Program-made: the position numbers and the translations under genes
The notes under the pieces: model-generated
The model's input: the letters and a program-made list of their open reading frames with translations, nothing else
Databases searched by the model: none
Told to the model about the DNA's origin: nothing
Shown: positions 24,464 through 25,384 of the stretch, one piece after another
Layout of the letters: every line of letters starts with the position of its first letter
How positions within the stretch are numbered: position 1 is the first letter of the stretch
Source of the DNA: a virus
Lineage: Duplodnaviria > Caudoviricetes
Virus record (IMG/VR): IMGVR_UViG_3300021139_000135
Location: 1 to 25,384 of that record
DNA: 25,384 nucleotides
Direction: 5' to 3' (one strand)

Positions 24464-25384
24464 TTAACTGAATATATATGCCATTGCTATGGCCTTGCTG
24501 ACGGTTGAGACTTCATTCCAAGCACCCCAGGTAGTGCTATACATATTTCTAAACGCTAGTCTATTGGTATAATTTGTCATACCAATAACAATCTGTGAAC
24601 CATAGGCCGTACCATCACTTGCTCCACCCCGGTGACGCGCATTATAATAAGTGTACCAAGCGCTACCAAAAGGAGTATTTGCATTAGCGCTAATAGAACC
24701 TAAAGCACTTCTTTGACTGAATGCGCTTTGATTAAAGTCTCCAGAATCAGATGTAATTTGCCCATGCGTATAGTTATAATCACTTACATACTGATCGTAA
24801 GCTCCTGATGTAAGTACTGCATTTCCACCTACATTTAATGCGTTAAGATTGCTAGTTCCACTTGGAATTACATAGTATCCAGTATTTGAAGAAGAATAGA
24901 ATGTCGGAGCTCTAAAATCATTACTTGCGTATCCTGTTCCGCCGACAGTCAAAGCATAAGATGAAGATAATGAATCACTGCTTGTTGCAACATTTAGATT
25001 TCCGCCTGAGTTGATCGTAAGTACTCCGCTATCAGAGCTATTTCTAAAAATAAAACTTGCTCCAGTACTAATGTATGTATTTCCTGAACTTGAAAAATAC
25101 AAACGGTTCTGGCTATCGGAACTCGATTGATTCCAAGTATTATTTGGAAATTTCATTGTGGCACTGAAATTGTTGGTTCCAGTCCATGTATTTGCTGAAC
25201 CAAGTATCGAAGCGCCAGATGTACCTTGAGTACCAGCTCCAGTTGTTCCCTGTGGTCCTGTATATCCTTGACTACCTTGAGCTCCTTGACTACCATTCGA
25301 ACCGACGAAACCTGCAGTTCCTTGAATACCGGTTAAACCCTGAATGCCTTGGATACCTTGAGTGCCTTGAATGCTTGTACCTTG
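24464..25384 (-). CDS. C-terminal part of a collagen-like tail fibre (5' end outside the window)
   Basis: The frame of track ORF 24464..25156 stays open to the window edge: QGTSIQGTQGIQGIQGLTGIQGTAGFVGSNGSQGAQGSQGYTGPQGTTGAGTQGTSGASILGSANTWTGTNNFSATMKFPNN... It carries fibre motifs DFRAPTFYSSSNTGYY and LAFRNMYSTTWGAWNEV and ends in SKAIAMAYIFS. Confidence 0.85.
   Translation of the reverse strand, partial: QGTSIQGTQGIQGIQGLTGIQGTAGFVGSNGSQGAQGSQGYTGPQGTTGAGTQGTSGASILGSANTWTGTNNFSATMKFPNNTWNQSSSDSQNRLYFSSSGNTYISTGASFIFRNSSDSGVLTINSGGNLNVATSSDSLSSSYALTVGGTGYASNDFRAPTFYSSSNTGYYVIPSGTSNLNALNVGGNAVLTSGAYDQYVSDYNYTHGQITSDSGDFNQSAFSQRSALGSISANANTPFGSAWYTYYNARHRGGASDGTAYGSQIVIGMTNYTNRLAFRNMYSTTWGAWNEVSTVSKAIAMAYIFS

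Noticed and set aside
1-25384. Stop-codon reassignment
   Set aside because: Core genes translate full length in the standard code, and the stops I checked are TAA or TGA. No in-frame TAG interrupts a conserved gene.

Overview
The window is a fragment of a large T4-like (myovirus) phage genome with every credible gene on the minus strand. In transcription order (right to left) it holds a truncated Gly-X-Gln collagen-like fibre gene, then a ~4.2 kb accessory cluster of eight small genes. That cluster includes an Fn3-like protein with an 18-Cys tail, two paralogous CxxC/CxxCGC proteins, two small proteins ending in QGVQGT tails and a holin-like membrane protein. It is followed by a 767-aa collagen-like fibre at the position of T4 fibritin, and then the core morphogenesis block: gp13, gp14, an inserted gp9/gp10-anchor fibre, gp15, gp16, gp17, gp18, gp19, gp20, gp67-like, gp21, gp22, gp23, gp3, uvsY, a small ORF, uvsW, an Sm-like gene and a partial gp55. 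This compact order, with no gp24 or gp68, is like that of aquatic T4-like phages. gp55, the gp67-like gene, a 52-aa ORF and the 5' extension of the last fibre are missing from the supplied ORF track and were read by hand. Late promoters (TATAAATA/AATAAATA), sigma70-like TTTACA-N17-TATnnT promoters and two GAAA-loop terminators are visible. The most interesting candidates are a putative neck-docked fibre module, a shared Gly-X-Gln tag across five proteins, and a Cys-rich protein with neighbouring Cys-motif/thioredoxin-like partners. All family assignments come from recognising motifs by eye and from gene order, not from database searches.
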